This document shows positions 27,312 to 40,730 of a stretch of 64,000 nucleotides of DNA, piece by piece. A program made the position numbers and the translations under genes. The notes under the pieces were generated by a model. The model was not told the DNA's origin and did no database searches. It worked only from the letters and a program-made list of their open reading frames with translations. Source of the DNA: Antedon mediterranea (lineage: Eukaryota > Animalia > Echinodermata). Within the stretch, counting starts at the first letter, position 1; every line of letters starts with the position of its first letter. Where the stretch lies: assembly GCF_964355755.1 (NCBI RefSeq), contig NC_092678.1, positions 4,666,422-4,730,421 of the forward strand, read 5' to 3'.

Positions 27312-27575
27312 AAAGTCGGTCCAAACCGCTAATTTTCCGTGTTTTACCATTTTATGTCGGTCCAGACCGCTAATATTCCATGTTTTACAAAAAAGAGATG
27401 GTAAAACATGGAATATTTACGGTTTGGACCGACATGTAAATGGTAAAACACGGAAAATAGGCGGTTTGGACTGACATGTTTTTAAAATGAGAAAATGGTA
27501 AAACACGGAATATTCACGGTTTGGAACGACATATAAATGGTAAAATACAGAAAATAAGCGGTTTAGCCTGACATA
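27312..27575. repeat. ~40-55 bp repeats in inverted arrangement (GTCGGTCCAAACCG...GTTTTACCAT / ATGGTAAAAC...CGGTTTGGACCGAC)
   Basis: Two copies in one orientation, then four reverse-complement copies; centre ~27392. Confidence 0.75.
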
Positions 27576-28319
27576 TTTTCAAAAGTTTTGATTAATCAGG
27601 CAAAGACAACGATTTAGACTAACATTTCGACATTAATTTGTATTTAATTTTCAATTTAAATCAAAAAGTATTAAATATATGTATGTCAATTTGTCAATTT
27701 CAAATGGGACGGGGTAGGGCCAGAGTAATGGGGGAGGAGAAACATTATTATATGTATGTTAAATGTTAAATTAGTTAGTTTATTATATTCTACGTTTGAA
27801 ATTTAAATATATTTGAAAATGTGTATTTAAAATATATCATATCTTCTTTACCAATTTGTCAGTAGTTAATAAAGTCCTACAAAATAAAGTGCGACTTATA
27901 AATAAATTTACATAGGAAAAGCAAGCCACAATGACTAAACAATAATGATAAATATAGTTAGTTTTTGTAATTACTAGTGCTTGTACCCAATGAAAGTACC
28001 AATTAAGCCTATGTAGCCTACCAGTAAAGTTGCCTGTACCCTATACAAAGTTATATTACGTGAACGAATTAAAAATAGGCACAATGTGGGCACAATGTCG
28101 CGATCAAAAGAGATAATAAATCAGTTTCCTGACCTACAAATTAAGCTAAATAAAGGGTCTGTATTAATAAAGTTGCTATAAAGTTGCGTATACGTGTACG
28201 AATTAATAATGGGGCCCTAATTATAATAGTTCATTCTTATATAGCACATAGGCCGAAGCAAGCTCTCAATGCGCTGCACATTATTACCCCAGTCAGTAGT
28301 AGACACGATCAGTACGGTA

Positions 28320-30700
28320 GTACCAAAGTTGCCTGTACTCAATTAAGATCCTGTACTAATAAAGTTGCTTGTACCCATTGAAGGTATCTGTACCAAAGCT
28401 TCTGTACTAATAAAGTTACCTGAACTCAATTAAGATCCTGTACCAAAGATCCTGTACTAATAAAGTTGCTTGTACCCAATGAAGGTACCTGTACCAAAGC
28501 TCCTGTACTAATAAAGTTACCTGAACTCAATTGAGATCCTGTACCAAAGATTCTGTACTAATAAAGTTGAGTGTACCCAACGAAGGTACCTGTACCAATA
28601 AAGCTACTGTACTAATAAAGTTGCTAAGTTGCTTGTACCCAACGAAGGTGCCTGTACCAAAGCTCATGTACCAATCAAGTTGAGTGTACCCTATGAGTAC
28701 CCTGTACAAATCCAACTGTATGATCACTACGTGTACGAATTACGGATGAAACCTGCAGTCCACCAATCAAGCTGTACTAAAAACGTTGCTTGTACCCAAT
28801 GAAGGTACCTGTACCAAGGCTCCTGTACTAATAAAGTTGCTTGTAACCAATGAAGGTACCTGTACCAAAGCTCATGTACTAATAAAGTTGCGTGTACCCA
28901 ATGAAGGTACCTGTACCAAAGCTCCTGTTGTACTATTAAAGTTGCGTGTACCCAATGAAGGTACCTGTACCAATAAAGCTCCTGTACTAACAAAGTTGCC
29001 TGTACTCAATTAAGATCCTGTACTAATAAAGTTGCTTGTACCCAATGGAGATACCTGTACCAAAGCTCATTTACTAAGAAAGTTGCCGAAACTCAATTAA
29101 GATCCTGTACTAATAAAGTTGCTTGTACTCAACGAAGGTACCTGTACCAAAGCTACTGTACTAATAAAGTTGCTAAGTTGCTTGTACCCAACGAAGGTGC
29201 CTGTACCAAAGCTCATGTACCAATCAAGTTGAGTGTAACCAATCAGTACCTATTCCAATGAAGCCCTGTACAAATCCAACTGTATGATCACTACGTGTAC
29301 GAATTACGGATGAAACCTGCAGTCCACCAATTAAGCTGTACTAAAAACGTTGCTTGTACCCAATGAAGGTACCTGTACCAAGGCTCCTGTACTAATAAAG
29401 TTGCTTGTACCCAATGAAGGTACCTGTACCGAAGCTCATGTACTAATAAAATTGCGTGTACCCAACGAAGGTACCTGTACCAAAGCTCCTGTTGTACTAT
29501 TAAAGTTGCGTGTACCCAATGAAGGTACCTGTACCAATAAAGCTCCTGTACTAACAAAGTTGCCTGTACTCAATTAAGATCCTGTACTAATAAAGTTGCT
29601 TGTACCCAATGGAGATACCTGTACCAAAGCTCCTTTACTAATAAAGTTGCCGAAACTCAATTAAGATCCTGTACTAATAAAGTTGCTTGTACTCAACGAA
29701 TGTACCTGTACCAAAGCTCCTGTACTAATAAAGTTGCGTGTACCCAATGAAGGTACCTGTACCAATAAAGCTCCTGTACTAATAAAGTTGCTTGTACCCA
29801 ACGAAGGTGCCTGTACAAAAGTTTCCTGTACTCAATTAAGCCCCTGTACTAATAAAGTTGCTTGTACCCATTGAAGGTACCTGTACCAAAGCTCCTGTAC
29901 TAATAAAGTTACCTGAACTCAATTAAGATCCTGTACCAAAGCTCCTGTACTAATAAAGTTACCTGAACTCAATTAAGATCCTGTACTAATAAAGTTGCTT
30001 GTACCCAATGGAGGTACCTGTACCAGAGCTCCTGTACTAATACAGTTGCTTGTACCCAATGGAGATACCTGTACTAAAGCTCCTTTACTAATAAAGTTGC
30101 CTAAACTCAATTAAGATCCTGTACTAATAAAGTTGCTTGTACTCAACGAATGTACCTGTACTAATAAAGTTGCGTGTACCAAATGAAGGTACCTGTACCA
30201 ATAAAGCTACTGTACTAATAAAGTTGCTTGTACCCAACGAAGGTGCCTGTACCAAAGCTCATGTACCAATCAAGTTGAGTGTACCCAATGAGTACCTATT
30301 CCAATGAAGCCCTGTACAAATCCAACTGTATGATCACTACGTGTACGAATTACGGATGAAACCTGCAGTCCACCAATTAAGCTGTACTAAAAACGTTGCT
30401 TGTACTCAACGAAGGTACCTGAGACCAAACGTTAATGATAATATCGTAATTAGTTGCTTGTACCCAATGAAGGTACCTGACTGTACCAAAGCTCCTGTAC
30501 TAATAAAGTTACTTGAACTCAATTGAGCTACCCGTACCAATTAAGCTCCTATATCAAATAAGCTGTACTAATAAAGATTGTACTAATAAAGTTGGTTGTA
30601 CCAAGTTAGCTCCTGTACTAATAAAGACAACGTTTACCAATTAAGCTACCTATATACCAATTAAGCTGTACTAATACCCGTAAAACTACGTGCACGAATT
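28320..30700. repeat. Mosaic TGTAC-based minisatellite with a 564-bp higher-order duplication
   Basis: Shuffled ~15-22 bp modules (TGTACTAATAAAGTTGCT, TGTACCCAATGAAGGTACC, TGTACCAAAGCTCC). The block at 28727 recurs at 29291, and a spacer recurs again near 30340. Confidence 0.9.
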
Positions 30701-31463
30701 AATAATAGAGCCCTGTTTGCATGAAATTCACAATGCTAACCTCAATAATTATAATAATAATAATAATAGTTAAGTGCCTGTGCAGTACAAATAAAGTGGC
30801 TTAGGTGACCCGTACCAATTCAGTTCCCTCTACCCTACAATGTAATTAAGTTGCCTGCACGAATAAGTTAACTGTACCAATAAAAACCGTTTTGCATTAT
30901 AGAAATATGAAACTTTAAAAATTGATTGATTGATGAGATATAATTTAAATCCACACATTAAATCTACTCAAAAAACTTCTTAAATAAAGAAAGATTGCTA
31001 AAGAAGATGTTAGTCTAATTAAACAATGTTCAATCTCCAAATAAATCCGTATTAAGACCAATTTGTTTGACTATACCTATGTTACCCCAATATTAAGCTA
31101 TATCAACCACGTGCTTCCTATTGGGAGGAGTTGAGGCTAGTTTGACTCGATGGTAGGCCTATTCAACTACCGGGCTTTTATTAATAACATCTAAATCTAT
31201 ATTGTTTAAAACTATTGCTTACCTTTAAAACATCATTGTTTCACGTCCTGAGATTTTACGCTAGCAAACGTCTTTAAATTTCTGTTGTCGACGACGTGCA
31301 GAGCCAATATTATTCCATGTTTGTTGTTATTGTGTGCAGTGATGCATTGATATTTAAATGAACTATTCCCAGACGTGAAGCGGTAATCTTGAATATGCAT
31401 GTGCTGCTGCAGAAAATACTATACCATTACGATCATCATTACCGGTGTAATATTAATGTGATA

Positions 31464-31818
31464 GTCGACGCAAGATGGAGACTATTGGGTCACATACTTA
31501 GACAAGACCCATGTACACCAGCCAACATAGCAATAAGCTATTATTTCAGCAACACTACCAATATAAACTTTCGAGGAAGACCGAGAACCACCCTACCAAT
31601 AACTCTCAGCAACGACCTACTCACCCTTTATAAGCATAATACAGACATTAAGTATCCCGGACAATTGAAAACCAAGAAAGAAATGAAACAACTTAAAGAA
31701 CTAGCCAATGAAAGATCAGACTGGAAGAAACTAGTAAAAGAGATTTACGGAGCAGCCCAAGCGGAAATGTCGGCAGACTTTTCAGCGGAAAGGCAGTAAT
31801 AATAATATATATATATAT
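31464..31818 (+). mobile_element. 5'-truncated RTE-type LINE
   Basis: RWRLLGHILR...RGRPRTT...LANERSDWKKLV*, a (TAA)n/(TA)n tail, and 14-bp TSD ATATTAATGTGATA at 31450-31463 and 31819-31832. Confidence 0.85.
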
Positions 31819-32321
31819 ATATTAATGTGATATATGGCCTTATGTCCCTTGTCGGCCGGTCGATCGGACTGCTGAAATTACAATTAACTCTTTCAATAAT
31901 AGAAAATAAACACACAAATCCAAAACAAACAAAAGATCTTATTTTATCATTACAAAATTAACATTCGGTAAAAACAGTAATTGAGAGCTAAAATAAAAAA
32001 GGTCTGAGGTCGGAATCATTTTCTTATCGCCGCAAAACATTATTTTGTTTTTGACTCGATTTCGATGTTATTTGTAACTTAGCCTATAAATAACAAAATA
32101 TGTATTGGGGTTTTTTTTTCATTTTGTATCGGGAGACAAATAAAAGAAATGATTTTTCTTGGATTTCACTTCAAGATGCAAGATTCATTTTTTGTACAAT
32201 ATCACTGAAAAACGGAAAATATTTAATTTAATTTATACTTAATTATAATTCTTTGAAACATTTTAAAAAGGTTATTTTACTCAAATTTGGGTTTTTTTTT
32301 ACAAACTTGAGATGGTTAAAA

Positions 32322-32495
32322 TAGTTTTGATTCAGTATTATGGAAGGCACAATTCGTCAAATAAAGTATTGATTCAGTATTATGGCAGGCAAAATTCGTC
32401 AAATAAAGTATTGATTCAGTATTATGGAAGGCAAAATTCGTCAAATAAAGTATTGATTCAGTATTATGGAAGGCAAAATTCGTCAAACAAAGTTT
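32322..32495 (-). repeat. Four 42-bp copies of satellite A in reverse orientation
   Basis: Reverse complement of the 7701-8150 unit type. Confidence 0.9.
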
Positions 32496-33664
32496 TAGTA
32501 ACGATTGATGCTTATGTTTATCGGGTACAAATTAACTTAGACTTCCAGTAAGTTGTTATATAGCTCGGAGAGTCAGACGTACGTAGGTTTGCTGTAGTTA
32601 GTGGTTGGTGGTTCGAGAGAGCTGTGCTGGTACCTGACGAGATGGACTTGGTGATGATGGAAGCGCGCGATTTTAATTGGACAGGCGTCGAAACGTACAT
32701 GGATTTAAATCGCCATGTAAATGGTAAAACGTGGAAAAATATAAACTCAAATTGTGAATAATTTAATATTTTTATCATTTTTAAATATAAAATAAATAGT
32801 GTTGACTGTTTAGTAGACTTTTATAAATAAAATATACATTCATAAATTAATTTTACCGGAATTGATTAGGCCTATACACAGAAAGCACGGGAGCGATATT
32901 TATTTTCACTTAACCGACATAGTGAAAAACTAATTTGTAATAGATTGAATTTAACATAATAAAGCAACGTAACCAGTGATTTTAAACTGATCTTTAAAAC
33001 GTACTTAATACGAATAGAATTATGTACAAGCGGTTGTCTGTAGCTTTTGATTTAGAGTGATCATAATATCATTACAGAAAGACGGATTATTTTATTTTGT
33101 ATTGACTACTAAAGTAATATAATGACAATAACGATATTAAATTATAGTTTAAAGTAACTAATTTAATTTAATTTAATTTAATTTGTCCCTTTGACTAATT
33201 CCAAAAAAATAAAAAATAAAATATTTCGAAAAAAAATTGGTCATTTTGAAGTATCATAATAGTTATTAACTTTCACCAAAAATTAGTTGGAAAAAAAATC
33301 ATTTAACTGTAAATACAGAGGTTTTTTTGTTCAAAAAATAACTTTTTCGATCAAAACATATCTGTGTGAAAACACCTTCTCAACCGTGACGAGTTGTAAA
33401 CAATCATAATTAGCATCATGCATAATGCATACGCGTAGTTTGAAATCTTTACATTTTTTTTCCAGACGAAATGTAATCAAATTAATTTACCTGTTAATTA
33501 CGTAAACTTAATTTAAATATAGAATATTTTGTTCTTCATTTTTTTGTGTTTCAAGGAACAATACATTTTTAACTACGTCGAAAAAGTAATCTGTAAATAA
33601 ACGTTTAATTAATCATTTTAAATAGAAGACAAAACAAGCTTCCGAACTTTTAATTTATGATTAT

Positions 33665-34140
33665 TTTATCTTTACTTGTTTATTGTTTCCGGTACACTTT
33701 CGTCTACGGGATCGAGGCGAAGCACTCAGTGCTTAAAAGCCCCTCTTAGCAATAAAATCATATTCTATATAGGGTGAAAACTTCAGCGGGTGGTTGGACC
33801 ATGCGACGTTAAGTTTTGCTTTGAACAAGTTCACCGTAGCACATGAAACTACATCCGTAGGCAGAGCATTCCTAAGAGAATAACTCTCCTGGAGAACGTG
33901 TGACTCCTAATATTAAGACGAGAGCTTTTAAACTTGAGTTTATATGGTTGTCCACGGGTCCGAGATTCTAGATGAAATTCAAAAAATGTGTTGATCGAAA
34001 GACGATCGAAACCTTTTACAATCCTAAAAACTTGGATAACATCTGCTCTCTGCCTTCGATATCTCATGGTAGGAAGACCAAAAATTCTCAAACGTTGTCC
34101 ATACGGGATATTACGGTACCTAGGAATCAATCTTGTGGTA
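33665..34140 (-). mobile_element. CR1 LINE 3' fragment
   Basis: YGQRLRIFGLPTMRYRRQRADVIQVFRIVKG, RTRGQPYKL and FSRRVI..NALP C-terminal motifs, followed by 3'UTR. Confidence 0.85.
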
Positions 34141-35469
34141 TTGATATTAATTACTTTTAAACTGAATTGATGTTTACATTTTAAAATAGTCAATCAAATA
34201 AGTGCATTTGAAGAGTGGAAAATAAACGAAATGAAAATAAGTGTATGAATTTATACGTGAATAATGTCGATGATTGTCTGTAATGTAATGTTCAATGTTA
34301 TTGTCTTCTTTGTATACATTGATTTAAATGATTTTGATGAAAGAAAATATAAAAACCACAATTCAATTCTTACAGACTTACTATATATAGCATTTAAAAC
34401 ACATCAATAGAGAATGGAGATTTCAATAAAAGATAAATTATTTTATTGACGTTAGCAAGTGTTTATGACGAGTTATTATAATGTATTATTATTTTCTTTT
34501 ATATTGTAGGTTAATATTCTTCTATGGCAACAGATCTTTTCATCTGCTCGTCTTTGGAATAATAATTAAAGAGTGGTTAAGCAACATCTTCTTCCTTCTT
34601 AAATTTGAATACTTGTTTCGGCGAGCTTCAAAGTGCTTTTCTTCCTTTTTTGTCGTTATTTTGGGATATTTTATGGATCATTTTTGTTTGTGTAAAGCAC
34701 TTAGAAACATTGTATTATGCGCTATATACGAAAAGGGCTCTTATATTTTAATTTACCGCTCTTTTCAGTTTCTGGAATTACTCTACTATCTGTAGTAATA
34801 AATATAATGTGATATTACTCATGGTGGTAAATTGCGGTACATACAATAAAACAAACCGGCCTTACAATAATTATGTAGGCCTACTTATATCATTTTGTCT
34901 GAATGGTCAATCAATGTTCAATTCTATAATAAACAAAGACACTTTTTAAAATTTGTTCTTTATTTATAATATGAAATCATTTGGGTTCTAAACAAATGGA
35001 CAACTTTTTACCATTCATTCACACTGGATATTTTTATTAAATAAGTTACAAATATGAAATAATGATAATATTGTGATTTTACAACGTTGATTTATAAATC
35101 AATTTTTAAGCAAACATTGCAGTCAACATTGTAAACAATTTAATTTCAATTATAAATATATGGAAAACATATATATATATATATATATATATAATAAATA
35201 ATTTTAGAATCAATTTTAAATTTATTAATAAATAAAAATAGCAATAGACATAAAGTATTCATAATGATATTGTATTTATTCATAATAATATCAATCAACA
35301 AGTATAAATATATTTATGTTTTTAGTTTTCTTGATCAATAGGTATTATAATAGTTATCAATATTACAGTGCTGTTAATATGAAAAGATATAAGGTGAAAT
35401 GATAGTAAAATATTAGCTGGTAACACACAAGTTTAAAATGAGCAGTTATGTAATGGTATCATCTCCTAC

Positions 35470-35722
35470 TTTACCTGGACTTACTTACATAGGACTTACT
35501 TACATAGGACGTACATACATGACCTACTTACATACCTGGACATACTTATATGACCAACTTACATACCTGGACTTACTTACATAGGACTTGCATACATGAC
35601 CTACTTACATACATGGTCTACCTAGCTGGACTGACTTACTTACACTTACATACCTGGACTTACTTAAACTTGCATACATAGGACTTATTTCCATATCTGG
35701 CCTACTTACATACATACCTTAC
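35470..35722. repeat. Diverged ACTTACATAC(C/A)TGG minisatellite
   Basis: Tandem ~17-20 bp units. Confidence 0.75.
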
Positions 35723-35997
35723 CCACTAGCTAAGAAAGGGGTATATATGGAGAGAGGGATGTAAAATAAGAAGAGGGATACCATTACATGAAAGCCAACA
35801 ACAACAACAAGATGTACAAACGAATTAGTGAATTAGAAAAAATGAAGTAAAATGGTTAAGCAAGTTATTGTAGTTGTATTGATGAATTATGGACATTTTA
35901 AAGTGTTTACTTCGATTAAAATAAGATAAATTTTTATTTCATCATAATTGCAAAATTAGAACACAATATATTTGTCATCGTCTGTCTCGTATTTTGT

Positions 35998-36160
35998 CCG
36001 GTTGTCGTACTTTTACCGGTTCTTGTCGTGCGTTGTGCGGTTCTTGTCGCGTGTTGTCCGGTTCTTGTCGCGCGTTGTTCGGTTCTTGTCGCGCGTTGTT
36101 CGGTTCTTGTCGCGCGTTGTTCGGTTCTTGTCGCGCGTTGTTCGGTTCTTGTCACGCGTT
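35998..36160. repeat. 21-bp minisatellite (CGGTTCTTGTCGCGCGTTGTT), ~7-8 copies
   Basis: Direct tandem copies. Confidence 0.9.
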
Positions 36161-36679
36161 CCCAATCTATAAAATATTTTAAAATACTGCAATTATATGC
36201 CTAATTTCCACATTTCCTTTGTGGTCACAAAAACATTAAAAGCAAAATTTTTTATTATAAAAATGGACTCTACATTATTGAACTTACATTTACGTGATGT
36301 ATTTGATACAGTTTTTATATGGCATACACTACGTTCATTACTCAGTCTAGAAAAAAAAAACAAAAAGAAATTCTGAAAATTAAATTTTAAACATTGCTTA
36401 GATTTGTTAATTTAGTAAGAGGCTTCCGTCACTTTTGAAGTATATAGTATTGATCTGTAATCTGATCTGTAATCTATACGAAATAATATTAGAATGCAGG
36501 GATTTGTAATTGTTGGTCTTGGGCACACTTACCAATCGAAACAAAGCAAAGATTATTACAGTCGTTTTATATTGTCTTAGTTTGATACCATATTTTGCAG
36601 GATATTAAATGTTTAATAAGACATACCTACCTATGATATAATGTATTTACGTGAAAACGTTAAATTCTATTAGTACAAA

Positions 36680-39600
36680 AAATATCTCCAATCTCTGAAA
36701 AAATAAAAATACATTTGATTCTTTTAAATGGTTACCGATTATTAAAATAAGGTTACCAATACTAAATGTAAATTTATAATAACGTTTTTATAAGTTATTT
36801 ATTGAAAGATAAAAAAAGAAAATCTCCAAAAGAAAAAAATAGAAAAACTCCAAAAGTCTGAAAAGATAAAAATACATTTGATAACCTGAAAAAGAATAAA
36901 TATTGTTATTCGCACATTATGATAACTGGTTTGGGGTTGGAAAGTATAAAATAGAATTAATTTATTTACACCATCATCAAATGGATTTAGGCCTACGTAA
37001 TTAGAAATACTATTTATGGTACAATCAAAATGGGTCCAGTTATGTTTTAAATAAATAAATTGTTAATTGGTTACCTACAAATAAGGTAACCAATACTATA
37101 TGAGAATTTATAATTGCATTTTCATAAGTTATTTATTGAAAGATAAAAAAAAAAGATAATCTCCAAAAGAAAAATAGAAAAACTCCAATCTCTGAAAAAA
37201 TAAAAATACATTTGATTAACCTGAAAAAATAATAACATTATTAGTTGCACATTATGATAACTGGTTTGGGTTGGAAATTGAGAAATATAATTAATTAAAT
37301 ACTACGTAAATGGAAATACTATTTATGTACAATTAAAATTGGTCCAGTTATGTTTCTTTTAAACGGTTACCAGTGATTAAAATAAATAGGCCTACAAGTA
37401 ACCAATACTAAGTTATTTATTGAAAAATATAAATAGAAAATCTCCAAAAGAAAACCCCATTATCTGAAAAGATAAAAATATATTTGATTAACCTGAAAAA
37501 GAATAATATTGTTAGTCGCACATTATGGTATTAACTGGTTTGTGTTGAAATAAAATTAATTTTATTTACACAATCATCAAGTAATATAGTTAGGTGGGTC
37601 CAGTTACTTTTTTTTTATTTAAATGGTTACCAGTTAATAAAATAAAAAGGCCTACAGGTAAGGTAACAGATACTACATGACAATTGTAAATTTATAATAG
37701 CGTTTTTATAAGTTATTTATTGAAAGATAAAAAAATAAAATCTCCAAAAGCAAAACTCCAATCTCTGAAAAGATAAAAATACATCTGATTAACCTGAAAA
37801 AGAATACATTTTGTTAATTGCACATTATGATATTAACTGGGTTGGGTTGGAAATTATGGAATAAAATTAATTTTATTTATACCATCATCAAATGGATTTA
37901 GGCCTACGTAAATGGAAATAATATTTATGGTACAATCAAAATGGGTGTTTCTTTTAAACGGATACCAGTTATTAAATAAATAGGCCTACAAGTAAGGTAA
38001 CCAATACTAAGTTATTTATTGACAAATATAAAAAGAAAATCTCCAAAAGAAAAATAGAAAAACTCCAATCTCTGAAAAGATAAAAATACATCTGATTAAC
38101 CTAAAAAAAATTTTGTTAGTTGCACATTTATGGGAACTGGTTGGGGTTGGAAATTACGAAATAGAATTAATTTCTACCTAAATGGAAATAATATTTTTAT
38201 GTTACAATCAAAATGGGTCCAGTTACGTTTCTTTTAAGTGGTTACCGTTTATTCAAATAAATATGCCTACAGGTAAGGTAACCAATATTAAGACAATTTA
38301 TAATTGCGTTTTTATAAGTTATTTATTTAAAGGTATAAAAAGAAAATCTCCAAAAGAAAAATTCAAATCTCTGAAAAGATAAAAATACATTTGATTAACC
38401 TGAAAAAGAATAAATATTGTTAGTTGCACATTATGATAACTGGTTGGGGTTGGAAAGTAATACATCGTAAAATAGATTTAGGCCAATGTAAAATTTCGCC
38501 ACGTAAATCAAAATATTATTTATATTAATCAACAAAAATGGATACAGTTAGGCCTATGTTTCTTTTAAACGGATACCAGTTATTAAATAAATAGGCCTAC
38601 AAGTAAGGTAACCAATACTAAGTTATTTATTTAAAGGTTTAAAAAGAAAATCTCCAAAAGATTCCAATCTCTGAAATGATAAAAATACATTTGATTAACC
38701 TGAAAAAGAATAAATATTGTTAGTCGCACATTATGGTAACTGGTTTGTGTTAAAATAAAATTAATTTTATTTACATCATCAAATGGATTTAGGCCTACGT
38801 AAATGGAAATAATATTTATGGTACAATAAAAAAAAAAGGCCTACAAGTAAGGTAACCAATACTAAGTTATTTAATGACAAATATAAAAAGAAAATCTCCA
38901 AAAGAAAACCAGAAAAACTCCAATCTCTGAAAGATAAAAATACATCTGATTAACCAAAAATAAATTTTGTTAGTTGCACATTTATGGGAACTGGTTGGGG
39001 TTGGAAATTACGAAATAGAATTAATTTCTACGTAAATGGAAATAATATTTTTATGTTACAATCAAAATGGGTCCAGTTACGTTTCTTTTAAGTGGTTACC
39101 GTTTATTAAAATAAATATGCCTACAGGTAAGGTAACCAATATTAAGACAATTTATAATTGCGTTTTTATAAGTTATTTATTTAAAGGTATAAAAAGAAAA
39201 TCTCCAAAAGAAAAATTCAAATCTCTGAAAAGATGAAAATACATTTGATTAACCTGAAAAAGAATAAATATTGTTAGTTGCACATTATGATAACTGGTTG
39301 GGGTTGGAAAGTAATACATCGTAAAATAGATTTAGGCCAACGTAAAATTTCGCCACGTAAATCAAAATATTATTTATATTAATCAACAAAAATGGATACA
39401 GTTAGGCCTATGTTTCTTTTAAACGGATACCAGTTATTAAATAAATAGGCCTACAAGTAAGGTAACCAATACTAAGTTATTTATTTAAAGGTTTAAAAAG
39501 AAAATCTCCAAAAGAAAAATTCCAATCTCTGAAATGATAAAAATACATTTGATTAACCTGAAAAGGAATCAATATTGTTAGTCGCACATTATGGTAAATG

Positions 39601-40302
39601 GTTTGTGTTAAAATAAAATTAATTTTATTTACATCATCAAATGGATTTAGGCCTACGTAAATGGAAATAATATTTATGGTACAATAAAAAAAAATGGCCT
39701 ACAAGTAAGGTAACCAATACTAAGTTATTTATTGACAAATATAAAAAGAAAATCTCCAAAACAAAAATAGAAAAACTCCAATCTCTGAAAAGATAAAAAT
39801 ACATCTGATTAACCTAAAAAAAATGTTGTTAGTTGCACATTTATGGGAACTGGTTGGGGTTGGAAATTACGAAATAGAATTAATTTCTACGTAAATGGAA
39901 ATAATATTTTTATGTTACAATCAAAATGGGTCCAGTTACGTTTCTTTTAAGTGGTTACCGTTTATTAAAATAAATATGCCTACAGGTAAGGTAACCAATA
40001 TTAAGACAATTTATAATTGCGTTTTTATAAGTTATTTATTTAAAGGTATATAAAGAAAATCTCCAAAAGAAAAATTCAAATCTCTGAAAAGATAAAAATA
40101 CATTTGATTAACCTGAAAAAGAATAAATATTGTTAGTTGCATATTATGATAACTGGTTGGGGTTGGAAAGTAATACATCGTAAAATAGATTTAGGCCAAC
40201 GTAAAATTTCGCCACGTAAATCAAAATATTATTTATATTAATCAACAAAAATGGATACAGTTAGGCCTATGTTTCTTTTAAACGGATACCAGTTATTAAA
40301 AT
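36680..40302. repeat. AT-rich macrosatellite: ~13 diverged 250-330 bp monomers, the last ones forming a ~855-bp trimeric higher-order repeat
   Basis: Recurrent AAAATCTCCAAAAG, TCTGAAAAGATAAAAATACAT and GCACATTATGATAACTGG. Near-identical blocks start at 38182, 39036 and ~39895. Confidence 0.9.
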
Positions 40303-40507
40303 AAAACATAAATACCTTATCTCGACATTATCGTGTTTTAATCGTTTATGCTGTACAGTATTACGATGACGTAGACTACGATGACATAGAGTACGATGAC
40401 GTAGACTACGTTGATAATCATTCACAAACAATAATAATATAATCATTCAATGTAGCAGGTTACTATTTTTTTAATTTACGCTAAAAAATGATCATTTATT
40501 TATATTG

Positions 40508-40730
40508 ATGGCTTCCGTACCCCTCTGAGTTATAGTTAATAATTATCATTATTATGTAAAAATGTGAATAAAAAGAATGAACGCGCGCGGTGCACCTCTT
40601 CTGAACCTGAAAAACAAACCAATATTATTAGATGACGTCATGATTGATGAAAGTTAGGCCGGCTATTACTTTGTAGGTTATGGTAATGTGAACTAAATGA
40701 TTGGAAACTCTAAAAGGGTACGGAAGCCAT
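40508..40730. mobile_element. Small MITE-like element
   Basis: Perfect 15-bp inverted repeat ATGGCTTCCGTACCC / GGGTACGGAAGCCAT, extendable imperfectly to ~24 bp. TSD not clear. Confidence 0.55.
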
